Of a stretch of 64,000 nt of DNA, positions 33,626 through 46,380 are shown piece after piece. The DNA comes from Eledone cirrhosa. Lineage: Eukaryota. Below the pieces are notes generated by a model, which was not told where the DNA came from, did not search any database, and saw nothing but the letters and a program-made list of their open reading frames with translations. The DNA is taken from contig OZ024740.1 of assembly GCA_964016885.1 (NCBI GenBank), positions 44,082,001 to 44,146,000 of the forward strand. The letters run 5' to 3'. How positions within the stretch are numbered: position 1 is the first letter of the stretch; every line of letters starts with the position of its first letter. Both the position numbers and the translations under genes were made by a program.

Positions 33626-34029
33626 AAAAAAGATGAATTCGAAAATGCAACTGGAGTCTTTTTAAGAATATTTATTTGATTCCTTTACCGGTTTTGCAGT
33701 TCTTGTGCTTTTCAAAAGTAGAATTGAGATGGAGTGTTTGTGGTTTTTCTCGCATCAGATGCGAGATGAAACCCTCGTGGTATCTTACAACTGCAGAGAC
33801 CATGGAGTAATTGTTGATAACAACCTATGCTTGGTTACGCATATAAACAACGAAGTTGACATGGCCCGCGAAATTGATAATATCCTATTTAAGAATGTAT
33901 CAAACGTTATTGTTTTCTAAACGCCAGATTAATTTAGCTATGGAAGTAGAGGTTTTTTTATTATTTTCCAATCTTAAAAGAATGTAAATGCGAATAAAAA
34001 CGGATCTTAATGTTATTTTTAGTTTCTTC

Positions 34030-34790
34030 TATGTAGTTGTAAATGTTATTAAATGTTGAGACTTTACACTTTTAAATAACATTATTTCTAAGGTAACTGT
34101 CCCTAATGGGCATGAGTAAGGGACTCTAAAATTGCAATTAGATATTGGAGTGTTAATATATTGAGGTCTGTTTAATACATTATTGTTGTTAGATATAACG
34201 CTATTTATGCTAAACAGCCTATGAGTTTTATCAGCATCATTAATCTGTTCATCATTGTTAATATCATTATTGCTATTATTATCATTATTTGAAACTATAG
34301 GTTTGTGTAATATCATTATTGCTATTATTATCATTATTTGAAACTGTAGGTTTGTGTAATATAATTTACAAGAATTTCTTGTTCAGATTTATGTTCATAA
34401 AGTGTCAGCGATTATTGAATGCAAAACAATTAGCTGAGTTAGCTTTAGTTGAAGAAAATAATTTTGATATATGTCTATTTCTATAATATTTATGGTTTTG
34501 GAAAAAATGATTTCAATACACCAAAGAATAATTTAGGTATCCTATAAGGAGGATTAAACACTATAGATTTTCCTATATTCTACTGTCTGTTAAATAGTTT
34601 CGACAGATAAGATTCTATTGTTTGGAGAATATAATTGCGGATTAGAAAAAGTATTAATATTTATATTGTTAGAGCATCCAGAGAGATTTATATTCTGAAT
34701 AGATAGGTTTATAAATATTGGGTGTTTTCAGTTCCTTTTGGTTGCTTATTTCAATATAATGTATTACTTTACTAACTATTGATACTACTA
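34030..34790 (-). pseudogene. Decayed PLE fragment (thumb-linker region, a different family)
   Basis: Minus-strand remnants VFNPPY, FFPK.HK and CNFRVPYSCPLG resemble the PLE WFNPP..HFP..CNCR..CPL motifs. Confidence 0.5.
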
Positions 34791-35258
34791 TTCTCGACAT
34801 TATAATCGTTAGAGCGTCGGGCACCATGCTTCGCCGCATAGTGTTAATGTTCTTTACGTTCTGAGTTCAAATCCCGCCGAGGTTAGCTTTGCATTTAATC
34901 CTCACGGGCTCGATGAAATAAAGTATTAGTAACGCACTGAGGTCGATTTAAACGACATTCTCCCACCAAAAAATGTGCTTGCCTTGTGCCCATAGTAGAA
35001 TTTAATATTAATATTATTATTATTATTATTATTTAGTATCGGTCGAGCGTCAGACACCATGCTTTACAGCATAGAGTTACGGCCTTTTGAGTTCTGAGTT
35101 CAAATCCCGCCGAAGTTAACTTTGATTTTCATCTTTACGGGGTCGATAAAGTACCAGTCACGCACTGGGGTGAATTTAATCGACTTTCCCCTCCCCAAAC
35201 ATTTCTGGCCTCGTGCCTATATAAGAAACCATTATATTATTATTATTATTATTATTAT

Positions 35259-36175
35259 TACAGTTGCATTTATCTTGCTTTATGTTCATACGAGTTATCA
35301 CCAAGTCACAACCAGTGACCTCAAGAGACAACAACGTCCGCCATGTTCTTTGTGCATCTTTTGTAATGGAATATGATCTTTTGATGCTTTCGTGTTTCAA
35401 AACGAGTTTGATCATCCAATCATGTGATTCCCTTAGATATGTAGATAATCCAATTGTCGCAGTTGTCAACGCAATGTCTAACTTGATTAACCCACGTCCT
35501 CCTTCTTTCCTAGGGAGATATATTCTATCTATATCTGCCTTAGGGTGATGCATTCTGTGCATGGTTAAGAATTTTCGAATTTTTGTATCGAGCCTGCGGA
35601 TCTCTGTGCTTGACCAGTTGATGACATTGTAACTGTAGGTTACTACTGGTATGGCAAGCGTGTTTATGGCATCGATCCTATTCCTTGCCTTCAATTCCGT
35701 TCTTAAGATTGCTCTTACTCTGCGGTAACATTCCTTCCTTATCCTTTCCCTCATTGTTGAGTGCTTGATTCCGTCTCCTTCACAAACACCTAGATATTTG
35801 TAAGTTTTTTCTTGATCAAGTTCTCTTATCACGTTCCCCCGATCAAGATTAATGTCTGAACTCTTCAGCAGCTTTCCTCTGGTGAACGTTGCTTTGGCGC
35901 ATTTGTCTAGTCCAAACTCCATTTTAATGTCATCACTGAACTGCTCCACAGTGGATAATAGCCCTTGCAATTGTTCATCATTTTTTGCAAATAGTTTCAG
36001 GTATCCATGTAGAACAAGTGATTAATGGTTTTGTCATAGACTTTATATCCATGTTTTGTTTCATTGAGCATTTTACTTAATGGTATAAGTGCGATGCAGA
36101 ATAAAAGCGGTGATAAAGAGTCACCCTGAAAAATTCCACAATTAATATTAACTTCTCCAGCTTCCAGTGATTTTG

Positions 36176-36177
<2 letters not shown>
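35259..36177 (-). mobile_element. Truncated, internally deleted copy of the adjacent R4/Dong LINE
   Basis: Near-identical to 36208-36297 joined to about 37230-38060. Flanked by (TAA)n. Confidence 0.88.
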
Positions 36178-36207
<30 letters not shown>

Positions 36208-36209
<2 letters not shown>

Positions 36210-39200
36210 AGTTGCATTTATCTTGCTTTATGTTCATACGAGTTATCACCAAGTCACAACCAGTGACCTCAAGAGACAACAAGGTCCGCCATGTTCAAGA
36301 AAGAACAAACATATTCACACATGCATCTTTAGTGTTTAGACTTCTGATGTACTTATATTGACAGAATCTTCCTTAGTATATGGGCAGTTCCCATTAGTAC
36401 TATCTTTTGCATTTCTCCTATACGCGGGTTTCCTGGGATTTGCGATAAGTAATCATTAGCCCCCTTAGGTATCATTCCCAGAGCGCCTACAACCACTGGT
36501 ATTGTTTTAGTTCTCAATTTCCACATTTTTCCAATTTCTATCTCCAGGACCTTATACTTGCTCAATTTTTCAAATGTTTTTATAGATACATTCTCGTCTA
36601 TTGGAACAGACATATCAATTAGCAGGCATACCCTCTTTTAAAAGTCTTTTAATATTATATCAGGTCTGTTTGCATCTATTTTTCGGTCTGTTTGGATGCT
36701 AAAGTTCCACAAGATTGAGATGTGATCTTTTTCAAGTATGGGAGGTGGTTGATGCTCCCACCAATTCTTTTGATGGGGCAGGTCAAAATGCTTACACATT
36801 ATCCAATGAATGTATTGTGCAGCTCTGTCATGCCTGTTTAGGTATTCGGTTGGAGCTATAGGACTGCACATTGAAATTATATGGTCAATGGTCTCTGGTT
36901 GTTTTTTGCATACACGGCATAATGGGCTGCACCCATTTTTTATTATGTTGGCTTGGTAATTTTTTGTTGGCAGACACTGATCTTGTGCCAATATAATCAG
37001 TCCTTCAGTCTCCGATTTCAGTCCAGAGGATGCCAACCATTGATGGGTTAAAGTTTTGTCAACATCAGGATTGTTAGCTCGCTCTTCCATACAGAGGCTT
37101 TTCTTGCCATTTCTTAGCCAGTTTCTGTAGCAGTTCTTTCTTTGCAGTTACTTTTACCTGCTTTGCTTTTTCTGTGTTTTCCATTTCAGCAGTAAATGGG
37201 ACTTCTGAAATTTGTAGTCCATTACTGTATCTTTGTGCATCTTTTGTAATGGAATATGATCTTTTGATGCTTTCGTGTTTCAAAACGAGTTTGATCATCC
37301 AATCATGTGATTCCCTTAGATATGTAGATAATCCAATTGTTGCAGTTTTCAACGCAATGTCTAACTGGATTAACCCACGTCCTCCTTCTTTCCTAGGGAG
37401 ATATATTCTATCTGTATCTGCCTTAGGGTGATGCATTCTGTGCATGGTTAAGAATTTTCGAATTTTTGTATCGAGCCTACGGATCTCTGTGCTTGACCAG
37501 TTGATGACATTGTAACTGTAGGTTGCTACTGGTATGGCAAGCGTGTTTATGGCATCGATCCTATTCCTTGCCTTCAATTCCGTTCTTAAGATTGCTCTTA
37601 CTCTGCGGTAACATTCCTTCCTTATCCTTTCCCTCATTGTCGAGTGCTTGATGCCGTCTCCTTCACAAACACCTAGATATTTGTAAGTTTTATCTTGATC
37701 AAGTTCTCTTATCACGTTCCCCCGATCAAGATTAATGTCTGAACTCTTCAGCAGCTTTCCTCTGGTGAACGTTGCTTTGGCGCATTTATCTAGTCCAAAC
37801 TCCATTATAATGTCATCACTGAACTGCTTCACAGTGGATAATAGCCCTTGCAATTGTTCATCATTTTTTGCAAATAGTTTCAGGTCATCAATGTAGAACA
37901 GGTGATTAATGGTTTTGTCATAGACTTTATATCCATGTTGTGTTTCATTGAGCATTTTACTTAATGGTATAAGTGCGATGCAGAATAAAAGCGGTGATAA
38001 AGAGTCACCCTGAAAAATTCCACAATTAATATTAACTTCTCCAGCTTCCAGTGATTTTGTTTCACTATTCAAAAGGAGTGTCGTTTTCCATGTCTTCATA
38101 CTGAATGACAAAAACCTCCTGACAACGGGGGACATTTTGAAAATCTCTAAACATTTTTCAATCCAACTGTGTGGCAAACTATCGAATGCTTTTTTATAAT
38201 CTATCCAAGCAATCGATAGATTTTTGTGTCTATTATGACAATCTTCCAGTATAATTTTGTTAACCAGAAGCTGATCCTTACAGCCATATGAGCCTCGTTT
38301 ACACCCTTTCTGCTCAATGGGAAATAGGTCATTTGTTATCAGGTGGTCATATGTGTATTCAGTTAGGACTGATGTTAAAATTTTATACATTGTGGTCAAG
38401 CAAGTTATCGGTCTGTAATTTTTGGGATTGTTTGTCTCATCATTCTTCGGAAACAGGAATGTAATGCCGTTAACTAGCCATGTTGGTATCTTTTCTGGCT
38501 CCTTAACTATTTCATTGTAAAGTTGGGCTAACAGCTCATGAGACTCTGTGAAGGCATTTATCCAAAAGTTTTGTATTTTGTCTTTTCCTGGGGATTTCCA
38601 TTTGCTGGTTTTTCTTAGAGCCAAGCGCAACTGTTCAACTGTTATATTTTCCCATGTTTGTTCCTCAAGGTGAGCTGTATCTTTCATTTGTCTGTCTATC
38701 CATGGGGCATGTATGTTATGAACTTTTTCTTCGGCCCAGATCTTTTCCCAGAATTCTTGCACTTCCTCCTTGGGTGGTATTGATTTAGCAGTTATTGTTG
38801 ACTTACCAATTTTTCTGTAGAAGTTTCTTTGGTTGTTTTTGAACATATTATTGTCCTTATAGAATCTAGATCGTTTTTCAAAGCGCCTTATACGAGCAGC
38901 TTTGGCCGACACTTTTTGCTTGATTATTTCTATCAGCATGTCTATGTCACATGTTTATTTTATACTTTATTTTTTTTTCAATTTTCTAAGTTTAGTTTGT
39001 TTAACATGTTCACCTACTTTATAGTTTGTTAAAATTTCTATGTCAGATCGGAGAAGGTTTATTTGGCGATAGATGTTCTCTTGCCAAGTAGATTTCTTGT
39101 GGGAATTCCTTTGTTTTTTCATCTTCACTCCACATAAGTGAGTGGTGACTTTAGCCGATGCATAATAGAGATGATTTAAATCAGTAATGTTTAGTTTGTT

Positions 39201-40230
39201 TGTGATGATAATGTTTTTGAGAATTATGTTAGTCTTGTGTATTATCTTTTGGTTCTGTTTGGATTTCTGGATCTTAGGGAGGGTGTCTCGTTGCCCCATG
39301 TCAGATTCTTTCATTTTCATCCATTCGATCATAATTTCATCCTTCAAGTTAGCAAGTTAATTCTCATTCATTTCTTTATCATTTACGATCTCATTATTTT
39401 CATTTGGCGTTTCATCCTGAGCATGCACTCCCTCCACTTTTTCGATCCTTTCTTTAATTTGTTCTGTTGCCAGTGATTCCGCCCCAACCCTGGGATTCGA
39501 AGTGTTACAGTTTACCTCGTTTTCACTGACACATGTTTCATTTTCCCTTCGCTGACTTTGTGCTAATAGCTTGATCTGATCAATTTCTATATCAGTTAGT
39601 AACTTTTTTCTTACAATATTTCTTCGTACATTGGCTAGTTTGTTACTGTCAATATAGCCTCTGTTTTCAGGATGTTTCTTTTTCCAATTGATATATGTCT
39701 GTTCTGTATTCGATGTATTTGATGGGTAGTACATGACAGTGTAGAAAGCCTCAAGGACTTCTTTATTATCTTCCCTTGACCATTTTTCTCTCTTTTTCTT
39801 TGGATTTCTTGGTGGTGAGCATGGAGGGCCAACAGTAGGAGTATTCCGGTTATGGGAGGTCTCCAGCTCCGAAGTGATGGGAAGGTTTGAACCATTAGCT
39901 GATTTTTCGACCCCAGTCTGGTTCCTCTCTGAGGGACGCGGCCCTTTTTTACCCGGCTGACGGCCGATCCGGTATGAGATTTTATCATTAGACATTTACT
40001 TTATTTTGTCGCGTTTTATCCTTATCCGCCAAGGGGTAATCATTTCGTGTTACCACTTCTAGAACGAGTGTCAACCAAGACTAGAGGGGTCGTTCTCCCC
40101 TAGAGACACGGCTATTCCCCGCCGGCCGCATCCCGGTATTTCTTGGTCACGGGGTTTTCTTTTTGTTGTTTTTTTAAATTGTTATTATCATGAGTGGTTC
40201 CTTAATGTGAGCATTGCGTGGCTTAAGAAT
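36208..40230 (-). mobile_element. R4/Dong-clade non-LTR retrotransposon (RT plus restriction-like endonuclease), near full-length, frameshifted
   Basis: Single ORF from 39995 broken into five pieces. Motifs YRPITCL, IDYKKAFDS, GIFQGDSLSP, YIDDLKL, CRVC..ETIDHIISMC, RHD, RPDII and EKLSKY. Ends in a (TAA)n tail. Confidence 0.9.
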
Positions 40231-40399
40231 GAAATTATTAATAATGTCTCCACTTCAGGCACAAGGCCAGCAATCACCCAGTGCATTACAATAATATAAT
40301 ATACTTTTTGTTGTAGTTGGATGTTATTGTTGTTGGCTATGTCGGTGGTGGTGCCGGGCTTTTTATATTGTTGGTGAGGAAGGGGTGAGCCAGCAGTCC

Positions 40400-40452
<53 letters not shown>

Positions 40453-40733
40453 GGCGACCTACGTAGTAAATCGTATCATCGTGAGCTCCGCAAAGGTTTG
40501 TTATTTCCGTTTGTTAAAAATTGTCATTTATGGAAAATTTTATTGTTAACTGTTTATAAGCGCACATGCATTGATTTCCGAAAAGGACACCCAAAAAGAT
40601 TGGGGCCTTGTGCCCCAAATTTAAACTTTTATTATTATCAAAAAAATTTCTTTGAAAAAAATGGCTAATTCACCTCTGCACGAAGCAGCTGAAAGCCTTC
40701 CTCACAAATTAACACCTCACACCGACACCACCA

Positions 40734-42644
40734 TTGTTTGCCAACACAAAAAAAAATATAAGCACTAGCAATATTTTAAATTTGTCTCAGGCAGGCATTC
40801 ATTTCCCGCCATTACCAATGACTGCAGGTGTTAAAGCCTCCACCACCACCACCACTGCGACAACCACCACCACCACCACCACCGCGACAACAGAAACAAA
40901 AGAAGAACAAAATAAATTAACTCGTGATGTCGAAATGAAATCAAGCAAAATGGACTCTTCCCCACCAAAGACGACTGACGTCACCACCACCACAACTGAA
41001 ACTAAAATTAATATTAACGATAGCAACAACAACAACAATGACATTATAAAACCCGCCCTCAGTTTCGCCAGAGTAGCAAAACAGTTCGAAGCATTTACGG
41101 TAACTCAGGAGGATTTAGAAAATGCCAAACAAATGGTAAAGAAAGATGGGTACAGGGTCAACCTCACCCCCCCCACCACCCCACCTAATAAAATGGAGCA
41201 TCGGCGCCTATGCACCGTGTCGTATAGAACAATAAATGTAAAATCGCGCCGAGTGGAACGGGCATCCGAGTCCCAAATCCAAAAAGCTTTGGGACATGTG
41301 TGGGCAAGAAAAACCCACATCAGACGTGGGCAAAAGTATGGAACCGTGGACGTGTTCTTTGAAACACCAGAGGAGGCTAGAGAACACTCCATGGCCCCAT
41401 TAAGAAGTGACGACTTCACACTCGTCCCAAGCTATTGTGGCCAGAGACTCGTAAAGATCAGGGTGACCCACGTTCCACCGGCCATCGAAATTCCCTGGCT
41501 AATAGCGGCTGTCCTCGCCGGCATCGAAGCCAACACGAAAATAATAGCAATAGCAAAAGAAAAGCAGGAGAACTGGTCCGGATCTGGGATGGAGCTCCTG
41601 ATCCAAGCGGACCAAAAAAGCATTGAGGAGATCCCAGAGGTAATAGACCTCACTGACGGCAGCCACCTCACGGTAATTGTCGAGGGCAGAAGACCTAGGT
41701 GTGTCATTTGTGGTGAAGGAACCCACCTAAGGGCTTTCTGCCCTCAGGCTAAAAGGTTGAGGCCACCTCTCCTACCCACCCCAGTGACACAACCATCAAC
41801 ACCACCAGTAGCAGAGATGGCAGCAACAACTGTATCAGCAACAACAGAAGCAACTATAACAGCAACAACCCCAGCAACAGTAGCAAAACCAACACCACCA
41901 CCACCACCACCAGCAAAACCAACACCACCACCACCCAACGCTTCAGAACTAGCACCAGCGCCTACACCATCCACCATGACACAACCAAAACTAACGGCTG
42001 TGGAGGATTTTCCACTCCCCGGCCTATCACAACTGGAGACAGATTGTGACGACGAGGAGTGGGAAACGATATCCGGAAAAAGAAAAAGAAACCGAAAAAG
42101 AAAAAATTCTCTTCCTTCCCCCTCCAAAAACAAAATACAGAGGGAAACAAATAAATTAAGAAACAAAAAAGTTAGGACAGATATGCCACCATCCACACCA
42201 GCATCACCAACCCCATCAACCCAAACACCAACACCATCACCATCATTAACCCCAACACCACCATCACCTACACCACAAAAGTCACCAAAATGCGAAACAG
42301 AAACAAACCCACAACAAACGCAAACAAAACAAAACAACCAAAACGATACACACTACACAGCATTAAATTTGAACAACAAGCAATTATTATACTACATCCA
42401 ACACAACACCAGCATCACAGAAAAAGACTACACAACAACCCCAAAATTCCCACAACCTCCACACATACAAATCACTCGCATCACACAGAAAACGTACATG
42501 ACACTAAAACAAAAATTCCCCAAAGACATCGGAGACTTCCGACAAGCACTCTCCAGGAGGATTTATAAGGACATCCTTCCTGAGGAGGCCACAAGCAGTG
42601 AAAAGGATGGAAAAACCGTCCTTCCCCTACGAGAAGTAAGGTAA
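40734..42644 (+). CDS. Tx1-type ORF1 (RRM-like region, CCHC zinc knuckle, Pro/Thr-rich tail)
   Basis: Open 636 codons with CVICGEGTHLRAFC (CX2CX4HX4C) and a basic KRKRNRKRK stretch. First in-frame ATG at 40818; the true start is uncertain. Confidence 0.75.
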   Translation: MFANTKKNISTSNILNLSQAGIHFPPLPMTAGVKASTTTTTATTTTTTTTATTETKEEQNKLTRDVEMKSSKMDSSPPKTTDVTTTTTETKININDSNNNNNDIIKPALSFARVAKQFEAFTVTQEDLENAKQMVKKDGYRVNLTPPTTPPNKMEHRRLCTVSYRTINVKSRRVERASESQIQKALGHVWARKTHIRRGQKYGTVDVFFETPEEAREHSMAPLRSDDFTLVPSYCGQRLVKIRVTHVPPAIEIPWLIAAVLAGIEANTKIIAIAKEKQENWSGSGMELLIQADQKSIEEIPEVIDLTDGSHLTVIVEGRRPRCVICGEGTHLRAFCPQAKRLRPPLLPTPVTQPSTPPVAEMAATTVSATTEATITATTPATVAKPTPPPPPPAKPTPPPPNASELAPAPTPSTMTQPKLTAVEDFPLPGLSQLETDCDDEEWETISGKRKRNRKRKNSLPSPSKNKIQRETNKLRNKKVRTDMPPSTPASPTPSTQTPTPSPSLTPTPPSPTPQKSPKCETETNPQQTQTKQNNQNDTHYTALNLNNKQLLYYIQHNTSITEKDYTTTPKFPQPPHIQITRITQKTYMTLKQKFPKDIGDFRQALSRRIYKDILPEEATSSEKDGKTVLPLREVR

Positions 42645-42678
42645 GTGGTCTTTCCCATCTTTTCCACTCCTTTTCAAC

Positions 42679-45600
42679 ATGACCTCACTCAGAATAGGCA
42701 GCATAAATGCGCGTGGCTTGGGGTCGTCGTGGAAGCAGGGCCACCTGCTCAACGACCTCAGGTCACTAAACATAGATGTAGTGGCCATCAGTGAGACCAG
42801 AATCTCCGAAGCACAGGCTTTCGCACCGATCTTCGGCGGCTACGATGTGTACGCATCTCCCAGCCGTCCGGGATCGGGGGGAGGAGTTGCTGTGCTTTTT
42901 CGGAGAGGTTTGGACCCAGAAGGTAAGTTGGTGGTGCTGGACGTGACCAGCGGAGACGGCCAAGCTTTCAGGTTAGTGGCCGTCTATGCCCCGACAGGAG
43001 CAGGGCGGCCTGATTTCTTCCGGCGTCTGGAGACCTTTCTTGGAACGTCCCGCTCTTTAGTGTTAGTGGGCGACTGGAACGGGATCTTAGATGCACGCTG
43101 GGATTGTGTGGGATTAGTGGATAGGGAAGGAGGGTGCAAGAGTCTCACCAACCTGCTCAGACGTTTTGAACTGTCTGACAGGTACCGAATGGATTTCCCG
43201 AATGTACCAATGTGGACTTGGACAAATCGCATAGGGTCATCCAGATCATATCTAGATAGAGTATTTTGTAGGGAAATATATAGGTCTAGCATAGGCTGTC
43301 CACAATTCAAGATAGTCAGCTACACGGACCACAAATTCGTGATCTGTGTGCTTGACTTAGATAGGCTTCATAGACGAGGACCCGGCTACTGGAAGCTAAA
43401 CGCGTCCTTACCAGCGCGCAAGGCCTACAGAGACCGGATTAGCGAACTAGTTAAGCGGGCGTTGATGGGGGCCATCGTCAACAACAAGTGGTGGTTTGCT
43501 CTGAAAAGAGCAATTAGAATAGAGTCCATTAGGTTTAGTAAGACTTTAGCAATAGAGAAAAATAGAGCAGAGGGAGAATTAGTTAGAAAATTAGATGAGG
43601 CGCTTAGCAAAGGCATCGCGACCGACGTACTTGCGGCGAAATTGGCCCTTGACCAATTCTTCAATGCAAAGCACGAAGGCTGCGTTGTCAGAGCTAGGGT
43701 GCGTGCTCTCAGACACGAGGGGACAAAAGCCGTTCAATGGGCCCGAGTGGCGGAGGCGCGTCGTGGCAACAAAGCCACGATCCGGTCTTTGGTGGACTAC
43801 GACGGGCGCATGCTACTCGATCCCGGGCAAAGGTGTGAAGCTTTTCAGCGACACTTCGCTCAACTGTTCGGGGGCAGTGGCGGGCCGGATCGAGGGATGG
43901 AATTTAGTGTCTACCTCGACGGACTGCCGCGGCTTTCGGCCACTGAGGCGGAGTGTTGCGAAAAGCCGATAACAACCGCTGAAGTACGGGATGCAATGAC
44001 TAGTTGCACAAGGGGTAAATCGGCTGGTTTAGATGGTCTGCCCTATGAACTTTACGTACAAAGCCAAACTTGTTCGGAGGCCACTTGGCGGACGTCTACT
44101 GCAACTGGCAACAGAACGGGAGAATTCCCAGCTCTGTGAGCCGAGGAGCGGTGGGGCTGCTGAGAAAGGATCCGAACAGGGGGGATAACATAGATAATTT
44201 TAGGCCCATAACTCTGCTAAACACAGAGTTCAAGATTTTGGCCAAGGTGCTAGCAAAGAGGTTGGCGCTTGTCGTTGGTGGTCTGGTGGGAGAGGCACAG
44301 ACATGCGCCATTCCCGACAAATCCATTCACGACAACCTCCACCTCATGCAATACATCGTAGAGAGGGTAGCTAGGGAACCTGGCACGGGTGGGTCTTTGA
44401 TCAATTTAGATCAGTCGAAAGCCTTCGATAGGGTCGACCATCGTTAACTAGCAGCAGTCCTGAGGGCGGCTGGCTTTGGGCCCGTCTTCAGAGGCTGGAT
44501 CGCTGCCATGCACAGCGACATCTGCTCTGTAGTGAGAGTGAACGGTCACCTTTCGGAACCGTTCAACATCATGCGCTCGGTCCGCCAAGGATGTCCCCTC
44601 TCGTCCCTATTGTACGTATTGACTCTCGAGCCATTACTGCACAAACTGGAGACGTTGAGGGGGGTCCCGCGCGAACTAGGATGCGGAAGATCCGTGTCAG
44701 CATATGCCGACGATGTCACCGTAGTGGTGTCGAACGCCAAACACATCGAGGCGATCAGCACTACACTAAGAGAATACGAAGCGGTGACAGGAGCAATGAT
44801 CAACCAGGAAAAGTCAGTGGGCCTGCAGCTCGGCACCTGGAGAGGCAGGTCCATGCCGTCCAACAGCGTCGTCGGGCGCTGGACGGACGGACCGGTTAAA
44901 TTGCTAGGGGTCTGGTTCGGTCCAGACTTCCAGACGGACAAAAACTGGGACGAGGTGACGAGCAGGCTGGCTTCTCTCACCCAGAAATGGGCGGAGAGGA
45001 AGCTATCCCTGAAAGGTCGAGCGGAGTTGGCTAACGCGTACATCGCGTCCGTCATCTACTACCGCCTAACCGTCGTACCTTGTCCTGACTGCGCTGGAGC
45101 GTTTGCTCTTTCGCTTCTTGTGGAAGGGACGCGCTCCGATAGTCAGGCGGTCCATCTGCTGTCAACACCCGCTACGTGGAGGGCTGGGCATGCCGTGGCT
45201 GATGATGCGCAGACACGCGCTCAGGCTACGACATCTGCACCTCTTCCTCGACGGTGATCAGGTGTGGTCGCCGTTTGCTAGACACGTTTTTCCCCAGCTC
45301 GTCTCCTTGACGGAGCTGCAGTCCTGGGTCAAGCGAAGACCGAGAGGGAGCGCTTGGAGACTGGAATGTCTTCAGGCGCTCACAGCCCTCGACCCCCCCA
45401 ATCGGGCAACGTAATCGGTGGAAACTCCACCTTGGCGTTCTATAGGGGATTAGTGGAGGGGAAGAGCGACGACGTACTTGGAGAAACTCTAGGCGTCGAC
45501 GAAAATCAACTAGCCAATCTCTTCGGAAGGACTTTCGGGCCGGGGCCTATGGACAACTTCCAGAAATCCCTGGCCTGGCAGTGCTACCGGGGTGCTTTGC

Positions 45601-46064
45601 CAGTTCGGGATAAACTTTACAGGCATGGAGGTGCCGTCAGCCGGGCATGTCCGAGATGCGCACAGGGCGACGAAACCGTCCTGCACGCACTCGTCCAGTG
45701 TCCGAGCATTGCTGACTTGTGGGTTTATGTCGAACACCTGCTGTCACGTGTAGGACGGATCCAGCTATCAGCTGAGTCCATCGTGAGGATTGCCCCGCCC
45801 TCTTCCTTTAGCCGGGAAGGGCAGGCAGTTTTTATCTGTCTGGTGGCCATGGCGAAAGAGATAGTATGGTGGACACGTTTGAAAGGGCTGAAGACGAGCA
45901 CTTACCTCTTCGGTGATGCCCTGATTAACTTTTTCAAATTTCATCTGAAAAGGAAAATCAGGGTAGAGAGGGAAGTGCTCTCTTCCCAGCATTTTGTTGA
46001 AAGATGGGTGAGAGAAGCAAGTATGGCCCGAATGAATGGGCCTTCTCTGAGTATGTGTCTGTAA
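42679..46064 (+). pseudogene. Tx1-type ORF2 (APE endonuclease, RT, CCHC), disrupted
   Basis: SINARGL, SETR, VYAP, GDWN, YLDR, TDH; FRPITLLN, DQSKAFDRVDH, VRQGCPLS, YADD; CPRC..ETVLHALVQC. One stop at 44445-44447 and about three frameshifts. Confidence 0.9.
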
Positions 46065-46324
46065 ATTAAAGGTGGAAAACTGGGAGAGGGCACTTGCCCT
46101 GGTGGTCAGGGCCACTGTGGTCTTTTAATGGGCTTTCTCCACAAATGTCCCTCGGAAGTCTCCCCCCTATTGGGGAATTTTTCTTTGTTATTTTATTTCA
46201 TCCTCTGTTTTTTTTCTTACACGCAGAAATGCCCATTTGTACCGTCCTGTATTGTCCTGTACTGTCCTTAATGTCTACTTTATGTAAACCCTTGTGGTTA
46301 ATAAAGTAAACAAAACATTATTAA

Positions 46325-46379
<55 letters not shown>

Positions 46380-46380
46380 G

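Larger units (their letters stand above)
40453..46315 (+). mobile_element. Full-length Tx1/L1-clade LINE inside an (ATT)n tract
   Basis: ORF1 plus ORF2, AATAAA at 46300-46305, and (ATT)n on both sides (40401-40452 and 46316-46380). Confidence 0.88.

Noticed and set aside
42577-42630. CTGAGGA..GAAA-aggatgg/ccgtcct-TC at the end of Tx1 ORF1 resembling an HHR
   Set aside because: Stem I cannot form (ccttc versus ccct) and stem II is poor. It is probably just a hairpin in coding sequence.
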